Positions 40,179 to 54,789 of a stretch of DNA of 64,000 nucleotides are shown here, one piece after another; the first letter of the stretch is position 1, and every line of letters begins with the position of its first letter. Location of the stretch: assembly GCA_964016885.1 (NCBI GenBank), contig OZ024755.1, forward strand, positions 30,008,001-30,072,000, written 5' to 3'. Under the pieces are notes generated by a model. That model saw nothing but the letters and a program-made list of their open reading frames with translations. It made no database searches and was not told the origin of the DNA. Position numbers and translations under genes: made by a program. Source of the DNA: Eledone cirrhosa. Taxonomy: Eukaryota.

Positions 40179-40214
40179 TCTTCTGATGAAGGACTAGCGT
40201 CCGAAACGTTAAGA
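40179..40214 (+). ncRNA. Minimal type-I hammerhead ribozyme
   Basis: TCTT-CTGATGA-A-GGAC(TAGC)GTCC-GAAA-CG-TT-AAGA; degenerate relatives at ~38455-38495 and ~62598-62635. Confidence 0.7.
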
Positions 40215-40320
40215 CCCTCTTCCTGTTATTTCAAGCGCGCGTTAACCCAATATATTCCTTCCATATACTGTACCGATTGTGTTGTTATTTCTGTTTACCT
40301 TTTAAACACACACATAAACT

Positions 40321-40356
<36 letters not shown>

Positions 40357-40465
40357 CGTTATTCCGGGTTGAATCGGAGGTAACCACAGTAAGTAAGGTA
40401 CTCAATACATTGCAGGGATTCCTGATGATTTCTAAAGAATGAAACAGTTCTAGTCCTTTAGAATC

Positions 40466-40553
<88 letters not shown>

Positions 40554-41154
40554 GTTATTGTTTTAATTATACGCTATTTCTCTATATAAGTCTTGCCTCG
40601 AGTAAATTACTTTCATACCTACGTACTCTGATGTGTTGACCAGAGGTGAATAATGTATTGGAGATCGAATAACGCAACATCAAGCGATTAGCGAACTCTA
40701 GACCCACATGATCAACGAAACAATTGTCAGTACTTTAAATAAAGCCCTTATTGTACAGCCAACCACATTAATCTTCATTCTTTAACTATTATTACTCCAA
40801 GTATAACCTGCATAAAAATTACCGCGAATTCGCTGCATAACTACGGAAGCATCTTGTTGAGTAAAAAAAACAAACCGTACGTTAAAACTATCCACGACGC
40901 AGAGCACTCACAACCTCTAACTGGATTACATATAACGATAACTTGTTATCCCATATATATATATATATATAACGAAAGAAATGTGGTAAGGAACCAGGTG
41001 GACCATAACGCACCAAAGTACTCAATACTTAGGGTAGTAGAGTGGGTAATAGGAACGACGGCTAATTCTGTCCAGACGGGTAATTCGACGGCTAATTCTG
41101 TCCAGAATTAGCCGTCGAAACGGCTTGAGCTCAGCCGTCGAGGTCCTACTCGTT

Positions 41155-41245
<91 letters not shown>

Positions 41246-41249
<4 letters not shown>

Positions 41250-41436
41250 GCTTTCACTGTATTTTTGACTAAAGGAATTTTAGATTGATAATGGGGTTTA
41301 GAACCCTCAGATAAATGGAAAAATCTGAGGGTTCTAAACCCCATTATCAGGCTAAAATTCCTTTAGTCAAAAATACGGTGAAAGCTATTCTATTTTCTAA
41401 TTTCAAACCTGCTCACTGTTTCAAAACATACTTACT

Positions 41437-41439
<3 letters not shown>
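41246..41439. repeat. ~145-bp inverted repeat plus one-sided extension between (TA)n tracts (inverted copy 50137-50330)
   Basis: ATAGCTTTCAC...AACCCTCAGAT / ATCTGAGGGTT...GTGAAAGCTAT. Confidence 0.85.
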
Positions 41440-41526
<87 letters not shown>

Positions 41527-41689
41527 CGATATTAACAAATGGAAACTATATTTATAAAACCATATTTAGTTCATTATACATATTTGAAGGACACCAAGTT
41601 AAATTATGGTGTGCTCCCGGGAGCTTCCAACAGTAATGGTTGCATTCTTTAAGGGTATGTCTATTTATTTATAAAACTGATCTATATTA

Positions 41690-41754
41690 TATTTTATCTG
41701 ATGAAAGCACACCATAATTTAACTTGGTGTCATTGAAATATGTATAATGAAATA
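41690..41754 (+). ncRNA. Hammerhead ribozyme, family H1
   Basis: TATTTTAT-CTGATGA-stem II ACACCA/TGGTGT-GAAA-TATGTA-TA-ATGAAATA; truncated inverted copy at 41520-41615. Confidence 0.7.
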
Positions 41755-41881
41755 AATATGGTTTTATAAATATAGTTTCCATTTGTTAATATCGTATTTT
41801 TACTCCAAATATTTGTTGAGTGCTTTATATCAGTTATAAAAATATTTGCTTGTTGTATCCCAACAATTTAAATAGAACTTT

Positions 41882-41952
<71 letters not shown>

Positions 41953-42098
41953 AACGCTGAAGAATGAGTCATATTACTTTGTAGTGTTATCACCTACTTA
42001 TCACAGAGTTATCTGATGACCCTGTCATAACCACTTAATAAATTATTCAAATTCTACCTCGACAGTGAGTACTCTTTTCTCTCAACCATCAACTGCAT

Positions 42099-42153
<55 letters not shown>

Positions 42154-42460
42154 AACACACACACACATAAAGTATTTTCGTAGGAAAGGTACAGGAAAAG
42201 AGAGTGCTCTATGTATGTTACGGAGCTTATCAGTTATGTAATAAACAACATAAGATAATTATTTTATTTACCAGTGGTTTCTTGAAGGCAGATATTTAAA
42301 TAAATAAATATATATATATTTATATAAACAATGTGTTATATGCTTTGTTGATAAGTATTCAACAGAGTTATGTTCATAACAGATACAAATAAATTTTTAT
42401 CCGGTGTATTATAATAGTAACTATAGTAATAAATGGAAAATATCACTATAGGATCATATT

Positions 42461-42520
42461 TATTTTATTATACATATTTCAAGGATACTAAATTATAGTA
42501 TGCTTTCATCAGATAAAATA
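42461..42520 (-). ncRNA. Hammerhead ribozyme, family H1
   Basis: Minus strand TATTTTAT-CTGATGA-AAGCATACTA..TAGTATCCTT-GAAA-TATGTA-TA-ATAAAATA. Confidence 0.7.
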
Positions 42521-43104
42521 CAATATTTGATGTATAAGATAGTGACCAGATGACGAGATATTCAATAGCAGCACAAAAAAAAAAAAAAGGATTATTGAAG
42601 AGAACACCCGAATTGTGTATTTATAAATTTCCAAATAAATTTAATATGTTGAAACACTGGTTGAAGAAGTTAGCTAAAAACTATCTCAAGTTTCATACCA
42701 ACAGAGAAAATCCATTTCCCAGCATCTTCTCTGTCCTTCATGTACAAATATACCTTAGACTATCTGATCAACATACAGACCTCGATGGTTCTGTGTAGCA
42801 GGAAAATCCTCTCTAACATGAAAAATGAAAATTGCGCTGATCTGAATATAATTGTGATTCAATCAGCACATATTTTTAACTGTTATATTACATTATACTA
42901 TAAAAACTTTACTAACAAACATTGTTATTTCTATTAGTTACTGTTTTAAGATCTGTTATACATTTGATAAGAAATTAATGTGCATATGGAACACAATGGT
43001 AAGAGTAAGTTTATGCAGTGGTTCCACTTGGGAGCTATTTCTGTTTTCCGTTTCCCAGCGATTTTCCGTGAGAGAGTAAAGGCCTGATTCCAAAGACACA
43101 CACA

Positions 43105-43200
<96 letters not shown>

Positions 43201-43661
43201 CATGCATACATACATACATGGTGGTTGCCAACTCGTTTTCGAGTACGGCCACTACTTTATATCCATGTAGGAGAACCCCTACCGATGCGCTGAACGAGTG
43301 TGACTTTTTAGTCCAGCCAGCGACTTGAAAACTCTGGTACAAACACTACACTTGTGACAATTATTGACACATAGTGCTGGGCCCATGGTACCATGTGACG
43401 ACAAGTGCAGAGAGATCTCCAGATATAAAGCAATGCCTGTGCCGTGAAGCTTTTATAGTGAGCAAAGGCACTGCACAAAGCCAGTCCCACTCTCTTAACC
43501 AAGATGATATTTATCAAAAAGAAGAACAAGTCAACATCATTGGATACCATCAGGGTTGCAGGTGTTATATCCGAGTTTTCCCTCTCCTAGAATTCTGCCT
43601 TGACAAAGGCTAAGGGGTCATATACACACATATATACATACATATATATATACATATACAT

Positions 43662-43701
<40 letters not shown>

Positions 43702-43811
43702 TCACTGTACTGTATTATTGCAGTATTGTGTTAGCTCAATGTACGTAGACTGAGCCGTTATATACAAAAAAAAACCCAAAGAACGCTTACATACCCAAAC
43801 AGTCTTTATTC

Positions 43812-43856
43812 ACTAACAATGTTTCATCCTCACCTTTAGGCAGGAATCATCAGAGC
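43812..43856 (-). ncRNA. Candidate hammerhead ribozyme
   Basis: Minus strand GCT-CTGATGA-T-TCCT..AGGA-T-GAAA-CATTG-TT-AGT; stem I only 3 bp. Confidence 0.5.
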
Positions 43857-44319
43857 TCAACAAATACCGTGTTGAGTATAAGCTCCACAATAACTTAGTC
43901 ACATGAACAATCAGAAAAAATAATATGGGGATTGGAGATAGCTAACAAAGAGGTTCATGCTTGGGTTACTAAGCATCACTACAAAATACCAAGGTACAAT
44001 TGGATTCAACAAGATGAAGACACAGTAGATGGCATTCAAAAATATAGAATGTAAAATTAAAAAGTGTGAAAGCATTAAAAAGTACATAATAAATACATAA
44101 AAATGCATAAAAATACATAAGAAATTCATAAAAAATACATTAAAATATCTAAAAATACATAAAGAAATACTGGCAAATGTTAAAACATAATATAAATTAT
44201 ATTAAAGTAATAACAAATTTTTACTCGTTTCGCAGTTCTTGTGCTTTTCAAAAGTAGAGTTGAGATGGAAGGCTTGTGGTTTTTCTCGCATCCGATTTCA
44301 TATCAAAAACTTCGCAAAC

Positions 44320-44406
<87 letters not shown>

Positions 44407-45590
44407 CAAGCACTCTATGTACAGGTAGAGTGTATGTATTAAAAAGAACGATGAAGTTTCGTTTACAAGTATTTAGATTTTTATTGTGTATCGACTCGTT
44501 AGGTGCGTTTCGCAGAGGAGTGGTTCAAGGACACCCCTAGAAGCTATTATCGATCTGATCTTCAGATTGGCGATGCGACAAAAAATATACTGTTTGTTGT
44601 GATTTGTGACATGGAAGGTGTATATATAAGCATCTGCCTTTTTTTTGTGTGTGTGGGCGTGTGCGAGTGTAATATGTAGGGCAACTTTGTACGTATATAT
44701 ATACACATGTATATTCATGTGATTGGGTGTGTCTGTGTAACGATTCGTTACACAGACACACACAACGAATAATTCAAAACTCAAACGTGATTGTATAGTC
44801 CACAGCAAGAGAGATATAAGACAGCTCAGATTATATATATATATAAGTTTCAACGCACGTATTTAATGACTATGAAAACAATCTTTTCACCTCTATTAAT
44901 AGTTTTGTAGGCTATTAATTCCTCAATTCTCTATTATTTAATTCTTATAGTAATTGATACTTCATTACTGAATTAAGCTTTCATTATTTTTATATTGTTT
45001 TTGTTAATTATATTATTTATATTGTTATTGTTAATTGTATTGTTATTCTTAATATAATTGTTTCTATTTTTAGAATCTATTAATGTTATGCTTGAAATTG
45101 TTATTACTTCAATTAATAAGTATGATTAAATTGATGAGCTCTGGTTGTATTCCTTTAATGTTATTGAAGAGTTTAATATAGGTACTTTAAATTTTATGAG
45201 TCAAATAAATACTGTTTAGTTATATATAGCACATAGTATCGGCAGAGCGTCAGACACCATGTTTTACAGCATAGAGTTATGGCTCTTTACGTTCTCAGTT
45301 TAAATCCCTCCGAGGATAACTTTGCCTCTCATCCTTACGAGGTCGATAAAATAAAGTACCAGTAATGCATTGAAGTAATTGCTGGCTTTGTGCCAAAAGT
45401 AGAAATAATTATATTTGATCATCAATAAATTTTAATTTGTATGTTTAGTCTTCGAAAAAAGTTTTAACGTCTTACCAATTGTTTTTTAATTTTGTTTACA
45501 TTTTTATATTGGAGATGTCTGACATCGATGGTAGATATGTTATTAATATTTTTTTCATGGATTCTGATGAAATCAGTAGAGGAAAATAAT

Positions 45591-45965
45591 TGTTTCTACT
45601 TTAGGCACAAGGCCAGCAATTACCCAGTGCATTACTGGTACTTTATTTCATCGACCCCGTAAGGATGAAAGGCAAAGTCAACCTCGGCGGGATTTGAACG
45701 CAGATCGTAAAGTGACGTAACTATGCTGGAAAGCATGGCGTCCGACCCTCCACCGATACTGCCAATCCACCGGGATTCTGATGAAATCAGTAGAGGAAAA
45801 TAATGGTTTCTTATTTAGGCAGAAGGCAATCAACTTTGGGGGAGGGGAAAGTCGATTAAATCGACTCCAGTGCATGACTGGTACTTTATTTCATCGACCC
45901 CGTATGGCAAAGTTAATCTTAGCGGAATTTGAACTCAGAACATAAAGGGCCATAACTCTATGCTG
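45591..45965 (-). mobile_element. SINE family 1 inserted at the tail of another SINE, 32-bp duplication
   Basis: GGATTCTGATGAAATCAGTAGAGGAAAATAAT at 45559-45590 and 45773-45804. Confidence 0.85.
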
Positions 45966-45974
45966 TAAAAAAAT

Positions 45975-46600
45975 GTGTGTCTGTTGTAATTTTGGGGTTG
46001 GCAACAACGCCCTCTTTTGTTTTTCCACATCCAGCATTGGGCAAAATGCTTTTAAATGTGTTTTTTTCCACATTTGAAACAGTGTGGTCTTTTGCCCTCC
46101 ACTGCGACGTGGACAACATGGTTATCATCCACCGGCACCCTTTCCGGTATTTTTTCCAATCCTCTCCGGTTTCATTTGGACCAAGAGCTCCATTGAGGTC
46201 CCGTTCCAGTTCTGTCGGATTGATTTTTTTTACAGAGAAGAGGTTGTCTACACCCTCCTCCAAAAAACCACTCAGGATCCACTAAATGTTGGTGTTCGGT
46301 GAGAGATCCTTATTTTATGGGTTCTTCTTCCCATGTATGTTGGGAAGAAGATATGTTGGCTCGTTCTAATTGGAGCCACCGAATATTTCTGGGCGAGGGC
46401 CTCGCTTTTAAAGAGCACCGAGATGCTCCCGTACTGCTTGGCCCTCTGGAGGTAAGCAATGTCTGGCATTGCCTCCTTTAGTGCGGTTTCCACCGTGTTA
46501 TTGCTTAAAGCCATAGGTTTCTTGGTTTGTGAACAGATCGTCCGGAAGAAAATTGTTTTTCTTAAGGTCGCGACCCTAATTTCCGGTGGGGTACTTATTC
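45975..46600 (-). pseudogene. Possible non-LTR retrotransposon ORF1 remnant (L1/Tx1-like)
   Basis: ORF 46272..46514 reads as folded protein (YGSISVLFKSEALAQKY...PTYMGRRTHKIRI); GC-richer than flanks; family assignment is inference. Confidence 0.35.
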
Positions 46601-46607
46601 GAAAGCC

Positions 46608-47202
46608 GTTGCCTTCGAAACACCGTGCGGCATAAATTCAGGCTGTTCAGTTTGTTTACAAACGAACAAAGCGGGCGCTATTATAAGCGTCCGCTAAACT
46701 GATGCGTACATATATGTATGTGTACCTGTATGTATATATGTATATATATATATATATATATGCATGCTACTGTACGTCTGTATGCATATATGTATGTACG
46801 TATACATGCATACTTACATTTAAGTAAGTGCCGTACTAAGAGTGAGAAATGAAATTTCGTTTTCATTTTATTACAACTCATCGTTTTCGGTGCGCCTGAC
46901 CGATTTAACTCACTCGATATGCAAATTAGGCTGCTCAGCCGTTAATTTTCATAAGGAAAGTATATACTTTCGAACGTTCAACTATCTGGCAGATGGGTAT
47001 ACGGTGCTGATGATAGCTAACAAGCTTGAAACTAGTACATCGTTCCTGTGTCAGTGTTGAACAAAAAGGTGACGTGGTTGCCTTAACACCGTGCGGCATT
47101 AATTCAGGCTGTTCAGTTTGTTTACAAACGAACAAAGCGGGTGCTATAATAAGCGTCCGCTAAACTGATGCGTACATATATGTATGTGTACCAGTATGTA
47201 TA

Positions 47203-47235
<33 letters not shown>

Positions 47236-47356
47236 GCATGCTACTGTACGTCTATATACATATATGTATGTACGTATACATACATACTTACATTTAAGTA
47301 AGTGCCGTACTAAGAGTGAGAAATGAAATTTCGTTTTCATTTTATTACAACTCATC
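46608..47356 (+). mobile_element. Penelope-pLTR/retrozyme-like partial tandem repeat ending in (TA)n
   Basis: 46619-46881 is repeated at 47084-47356; hammerhead in the intervening segment; relative at 49815-50030. Confidence 0.7.
47001..47043 (+). ncRNA. Minimal type-I hammerhead ribozyme
   Basis: ACGGTG-CTGATGA-T-AGCT(AACA)AGCT-T-GAAA-CTAG-TA-CATCGT; 6-bp stem I; palindromic stem III; GUA cleavage after 47037. Confidence 0.8.
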
Positions 47357-48562
<1,206 letters not shown>

Positions 48563-49033
48563 ATGGCTCTTTCTATTATATGTTTGATTACTACTTTGCT
48601 TAGAATTGTATTTGTGTACAGTTAGATTACCGACATATCTATGCATCAAGTTATATTAGGATTGGCAGTCTCGGTAGAGGGTCAGACGCCATGCTTTGAC
48701 GCATAGAGTCCTTGCCATTCTGAGTTCAAATCCCGCCGATGTTAACTTTGCCTTTCATCCTTACGGGGTCGATAAAATAAAGTACCAGTAATGCACTGGG
48801 TAATTGGTGGCCTTGTGCCAAACGCAGAAACAATTATGGTACACGCACGCTTGCTATAGTTATGTATGCTTTGGTAAAGTAAATTAACTTCTATATATGT
48901 AAGTGAGCGAAAATGGACATCAAGAGAGAAAGACCGAGTGAGGTGAGGGGGAAAGAGACGTTTTCTGAGACAATTAGGACATGTAGCAACTCGTAGACTA
49001 ATCTATCACAAATGAAATCCCCCTTCTCTCTCT

Positions 49034-49118
<85 letters not shown>

Positions 49119-49211
49119 TAAAAAAAAATTCTAATTACCCACTCTACAACCCTAAGTATTGAGTACTCTGGTGCGTCATGGTCCATCTGGTTCCTTACCA
49201 CAATTCCTTCG

Positions 49212-49278
<67 letters not shown>

Positions 49279-49324
49279 TAGATAGGTAAATATACACGGG
49301 TGTGTATGATTGTGTATAGAAGAT

Positions 49325-49707
49325 TATATTAATAAGAGGAATTCCAACTTTGTCTGATTTACTCGTTTTATTTACAATCCTTTAAAATATATAATGGTAT
49401 TATAATGAAATAGTATGATAGAATATTAAATTCTAAGTGTTAATTGAACAAGTACTTTCATGCTTTCGCAATCTTCAGGTTCATAATATGTGGTGACAGA
49501 CAAGTTTGCAATTTTCAACTGTTGAAAATTGCAAACTTGACTGTCACCACATATTATGAACCTGAAGATTGCGAAAGCATGAAAGTACTTGTTCAATTAA
49601 CACTTAGAATTTAATATTCTATCATACTATTTCATTATAATACCATTATATATTTTAAAGGATTGTAAATAAAACGAGTAAATCAGACAAAGTTGGAATT
49701 CCTCTTA

Positions 49708-49715
<8 letters not shown>
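49325..49715. repeat. ~390-bp palindrome between (TA)n tracts
   Basis: Centre TTTTCAAC-T-GTTGAAAA at 49520. Confidence 0.95.
49557..49595 (+). ncRNA. Minimal type-I hammerhead ribozyme (mirror copy on minus strand 49445-49483)
   Basis: TGAAC-CTGAAGA-T-TGC(GAAA)GCA-T-GAAA-GTAC-TT-GTTCA; GNRA-capped stem II; palindromic stem III. Confidence 0.78.
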
Positions 49716-49749
<34 letters not shown>

Positions 49750-50045
49750 AAAATGTATGACCCCGACGGCAGAGCTCAAGCCGTTTCGACGGCTATTTCT
49801 GGACTATGGTTGCCGAACACTGTACGGCTAATAATTCGGGCTGTTTGTTTACAAACAAACCGAGCATTATAATAAATGTTCGGAAAAACCATACGTACAT
49901 ATATATGTGTGTATGTATGTATATACATACTACTGTACGTCTGTATACATATATGTATGTATGTATACATACTTATATTTAAGTATCAGCCGTACTAAGA
50001 GTGAGAAATGAAATTTCATTTTTTCCATTTATACATATATATAGG

Positions 50046-50108
<63 letters not shown>

Positions 50109-50417
50109 TATGCGATATATGTATATATATATATGGCAAGTAAGTATGTTTTGAAACAGTGAGCGAGTTTGAAATTAGAAAATATATAGCTTTCACCGTA
50201 TTTTTAACTAAAGGAATTTTACCTTGATAACGGGGTTTATAACCCTCAGATAAATCTGAGGGTTATAAACCCCGTTATCAAGCTAAAATTCCTTTAGTTA
50301 AAAATACGGTGAAAGCTATATATTTTCTAATATATATATATATAGGCGATATATATATAGGGTATATATATATTTTAATTCAAATATTAACAAAATAGAT
50401 ATTCTTGTGATCAAGTA

Positions 50418-50484
50418 TATTTTATTATACATATTTCAGAGGTACTGAGTTAACTTCAACAGTACGTCCTCATCAGATAAAATA
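50418..50484 (-). ncRNA. Hammerhead ribozyme, H1 variant with different stem II
   Basis: Minus strand TATTTTAT-CTGATGA-GGACGTACTG..CAGTACCTCT-GAAA-TATGTA-TA-ATAAAA. Confidence 0.68.
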
Positions 50485-50756
50485 AGATGATGCATGACAT
50501 ACCCTGACATAGTAGATGGTTAAGATTCAGTCACAGAAAATTTTTTTTTTTAACTGTTGAGTGCTTCCAATCTATTGTAAAACTCATTCTTTGATTTATT
50601 CATTGAACCTTGTTTAACCTTTAAATATAAATATATATTTATCCTTAATACTACGATTACTAAAATAAACAAACCACTATCCTGATGGCTTCCAAAAGTA
50701 AGGGTCGCATTTTGAAAGGGTACGTCAATGTTTATTTATAAAACTGGTATATATTG

Positions 50757-50821
50757 TATTTTGTCTGATGAAGGCATACCATAATTTAACTTGGTATCCT
50801 TGAAATATGTATAATGAAATA
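50757..50821 (+). ncRNA. Hammerhead ribozyme, family H1
   Basis: TATTTTGT-CTGATGA-AGGCATACCA..TGGTATCCTT-GAAA-TATGTA-TA-ATGAAATA. Confidence 0.7.
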
Positions 50822-50949
50822 AATATGGTTTTTATAAATATAGTTTCCATTTGTTAATATCGTATATCTACTCCAAATACTTGTCGAGTGCTTTATATCA
50901 GTTATAAAACTATTTACTTGTTGTATCCCAACAATTTAAATAGAACTTT

Positions 50950-50988
<39 letters not shown>

Positions 50989-51396
50989 TTTCTCTCTGTC
51001 AATTTTCTCTATGCCCTGCCGATACATTTGTGGTTAACACTTCCACACGGGGGTAAAAAGAAATCCTCCTCCAGTCCCACCATTTACATTTCTGCAGCTT
51101 TCTTTCTCAAAGATCTGACAAAAATAAATCCTACTAGATTATTCCTCGTGGGAAGTAATGACGTTTAGGAAACAAAAGTTTGGCAAAGTGGAGCCGCATA
51201 CATTTATGTGCATGCGGGGCTTTTGTCGAGCTTGCCCTGAAGAAGTCTGCATTTGAGGGTGTCGTTCATCCTATTCGTCACATTTCCCCTTTTGCCCTAT
51301 ACTGCCATCAAGGTATCTGAGTTCCTGAATACTACGATAATTGGAAATGAAACAACAACAACAACAACGTCGTCGTCGTCGTCGTCGTCGTCGTCA

Positions 51397-51428
<32 letters not shown>

Positions 51429-51447
51429 GTCGTCGTTATCGTCATCG

Positions 51448-51480
<33 letters not shown>

Positions 51481-51499
51481 GGTGGTCTCAGCCGAAATC

Positions 51500-51823
51500 G
51501 ACTCAACAATTGATCTCCACATGGGTTTGTTGTTCATTGCCGTTGCCATTCGTGAATTTCAATACCAGAATTTCTGGAGATGACATCGGGGTAGGAGAGC
51601 TTGCGCCCCCTGTTATTAGTGACTTGACTGCTTGTGGTTTCCAAGTCACTAATGTGGACACAGCCTCATAGGCGACACGATGGCAGTGGCAAGCAAATCT
51701 TACTCTTCTTTTATGTACAACAACAGATATGTGTGTGAGGCCGGCATATATCTCTCTCAAAGTCAGATGTCGCCAGCTTATGTTCTGAATGCGTCGAAGC
51801 AGGCGAGTGTAAGTACCATCAAG

Positions 51824-51877
<54 letters not shown>

Positions 51878-51955
51878 TTGTAAGTACCATCAAGGTGCTT
51901 TTGTTGTTTGGATGAAAGCGTCCATGTTTCACTTCCATATAGCAAGCTGACATAT
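51500..51955 (-). mobile_element. RTE/RTEX-like LINE 3' fragment
   Basis: SLLYGSETWTLS...LDGTY and EIYAGL...RRVRFACHCHR. Confidence 0.75.
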
Positions 51956-51959
51956 GCAT

Positions 51960-52060
51960 CAAAACAAAACCCGACTAATTCCTTGCACTTGATCCAAGGT
52001 TTCTTGGCAGTGAAACACATTTCGCTCATTCTACAGCCTCCATATTCTCCTGACATACAT
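51960..52060 (+). mobile_element. mariner transposase fragment
   Basis: FLAVKHISLILQPPYSPDI matches the mariner HPPYSPDL motif. Confidence 0.55.
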
Positions 52061-52491
52061 AGACCCTTCTAATTTCTGATTGTTCCGAAAAATGAAGATG
52101 AAATTGAAAGGCCCCCGACTGTAACGGTAGAGTTATGAGCCATTCCAGAAGAAGTATCCCAGATATAGTATCCCAGTAGCACGATCAGTGGACTAAATTT
52201 CTGGAAGCACCCCGAAAGGAGATTAGCAATTGGGGACGGAAAATTAGACAAAGATGCCCCTTTCAGACTCCAGGAGTACTTTATACGATTTCCTCAACTA
52301 TTATTTATAGTTATTGCCGAGGTTAACTTTACCTTTCATCCTTACAGGGTCGATAAAATAAAGTACCAGTAATACACTGGGATACTTGCTGGCCTTGTGC
52401 CAAAAGTAGAAACAATTATACTCATCTGCGTTGAGAAGACTACATTCAAATTTAAAATTTTCCAAATTCAACTAGATGTTTATACCCCCCC

Positions 52492-52561
<70 letters not shown>

Positions 52562-52659
52562 GATTTGCTATCAAAGGGCAAATTATCCGAAAAAAAAGAC
52601 GTAAAAATATTTAAGTTAATTATGTAATTCAACTTCTAAGTGATGACGCTTGAATCCCC

Positions 52660-52690
<31 letters not shown>

Positions 52691-53911
52691 CTTCTTCTTC
52701 TTCTTCTTCTTCTTCTTCTTCGTCTTCTTCGTCTTCTTCTTCCTCCTCCCCCTCCTCTCGTGTGTGAAATAGAGTTACTCAATTTCGAAGAATAATTAAT
52801 TATGAACGAAGTAATGAATTGAATGCGTACACTAAAAGAAAATTCCTGGGTTTTGTTTGATATAAATAGGGTTTTACTATACGTACTCTTTATAGGTGTT
52901 AACATAAGGGTTCTTGTTTTCTGCTGAATACCCAATAAGCTACGAACAATATTGGTAGAGGGTCGGACGCTATGCTTTGCAGCATAGAGTTACGGCCCTT
53001 TAAGGTCTTAGTTCAAATCCCGCCGAGGTTAACTTTGCCTTTCATCCTTACGGGGTCAATAAAATAAAGTACCAGTAATGCACTGAGTAATTGCTGGCCT
53101 TATGCCATGCCAAAAGTAGAACAATTATATTTCTGTGAATAGAAAGAACAAAATATATTTGCATTTAATCGCAACGTTTAAAACCTAAAACTATAGGTAT
53201 GCATACATTAAATTTATCTTAGACTTTTTCATGTAGAAAATCTTATCAAATGGGTCAGTAGCTTGAATTTGGGTAATTATGTTAAAGTGTAGTGCGCTGA
53301 ATAACTGATGAAAAATATAATTAATTGAAATTTCCCTCCTAGTGAGAACAAGAATACAAAACCCGGCAATATTTGTCAGCAACTCTCAAAGAAAGTAGGA
53401 AGATATATTCCTGAAATTCAGAATTAATAGCTCAAGTTAAATTTACAAGCTTAAGAGAATGACATTTTGATCCCTGTAAGCAGGTACGGGAATATTTCAG
53501 TCCCTTAGAATTTTGACCACGGATCTGGTACAATTGCTTACAAAAGAATGGGGCTTGATAAAGGCATTCAAGGCTTAGTTTTTTTTTCATTAAATCGGGT
53601 GACATGAAATCTCTCATCCCAGGGAGGTACAAACCATCTAATTGTGACTGCACGACTTCACGATGAAAGATATTTCTCCAAAGTGCCGTGTGGTAGGATC
53701 TAATCCGGTTCAACGTGTTTACAAATCGAACGTACTAAACACTCGATTATATCTGCACCCATACGTGTTGTCACTGGTATGTCTTCTGAAATATGTCAAT
53801 TAGGAAGCCTCTACACTATTACTCGAGATGTGGGAAATTGTACATTCGATAATATAGTCTTAGATATACCAAATTAAGGAAGGGTTCAATGGCTAAAAGT
53901 CCTTTGACAAT

Positions 53912-54012
53912 AAAACAAGGATGATTAAACAAGGATGCTAAAACAAGGATGATTAAACAAGGATGCTAAACAAGGATGCTAAAACAAGGATGCTAAAACA
54001 AGGATGATTAAG
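53912..54012. repeat. 13-14 bp minisatellite AAACAAGGATG(C/A)T
   Basis: About 7 tandem units. Confidence 0.9.
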
Positions 54013-54270
54013 CATAAGTATGGTTAAAAGGTGGAAGCGAGAACAACTTTTAAAATCTATACCCTTTAAGACGACCTCTCACAACAGCAACAAAGAAAAA
54101 ATATACAGGCAGAAGCAAAACTAGGAAAAAGTACAAATTTTAGCACTCCCTTAAAAAATTTTGTTTACAGAGAAAGTAGTTGACCAATCACTATCAATTT
54201 AAATAAAATCCTGAAAGGTGAATTTGTTGAAGTATCAAACGAATTGTTTTGGGTATTATTTAAATCTGGA

Positions 54271-54458
54271 GGGCGGTGCATTGGCAGTATCGGTAGAGGG
54301 TCGGACGCCATGCTTTGCAGCAAAGAGTTACGGCCCTTTACGGTCTGAGTTCAAATCCCGCCGAGGTTAACTTTGCCTTTCATCCTTACGGGATCGATAA
54401 TATAAAGTACCAGTAATACACTGGGATAATTGCTGGCCTTGTGCCCAAAGTAGAAACA
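54271..54458 (+). mobile_element. Full-length SINE family 1 with 16-bp TSD
   Basis: ATTATTT(A/C)AATCTGGA at 54255 and 54459. Confidence 0.9.
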
Positions 54459-54789
54459 ATTATTTCAATCTGGATGCATTTCCGATCGGAGTACTAGCAT
54501 ATATTAGACGATGTCATCACAGGTATGGTATGGTATGGAGCCGTAACTCAAGAGGAGTCGTAGAGGGCGCCATACGGCGTTTCTAGGGCATTTTTAAAAC
54601 CTGGTGGTCGGCAGACGATTGTGTACGAACACAGCTAACGAAATGTAACAAATGGTAGACAGCCTCTTTGTCGACTGCGAGGAATTTGGTTTGACAGTCT
54701 GTATCCCCCCAAAAGAAAACGTAGTTATGTAGAAACCCTTACCAGGCAAAGAGTAACATGAGAAACCCAAGGCAAAAATGACGGTCAAA

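Noticed and set aside
53432-53713. 93-aa minus-strand ORF in unique sequence
   Set aside because: No recognisable motif, non-ATG start, no convincing splice sites
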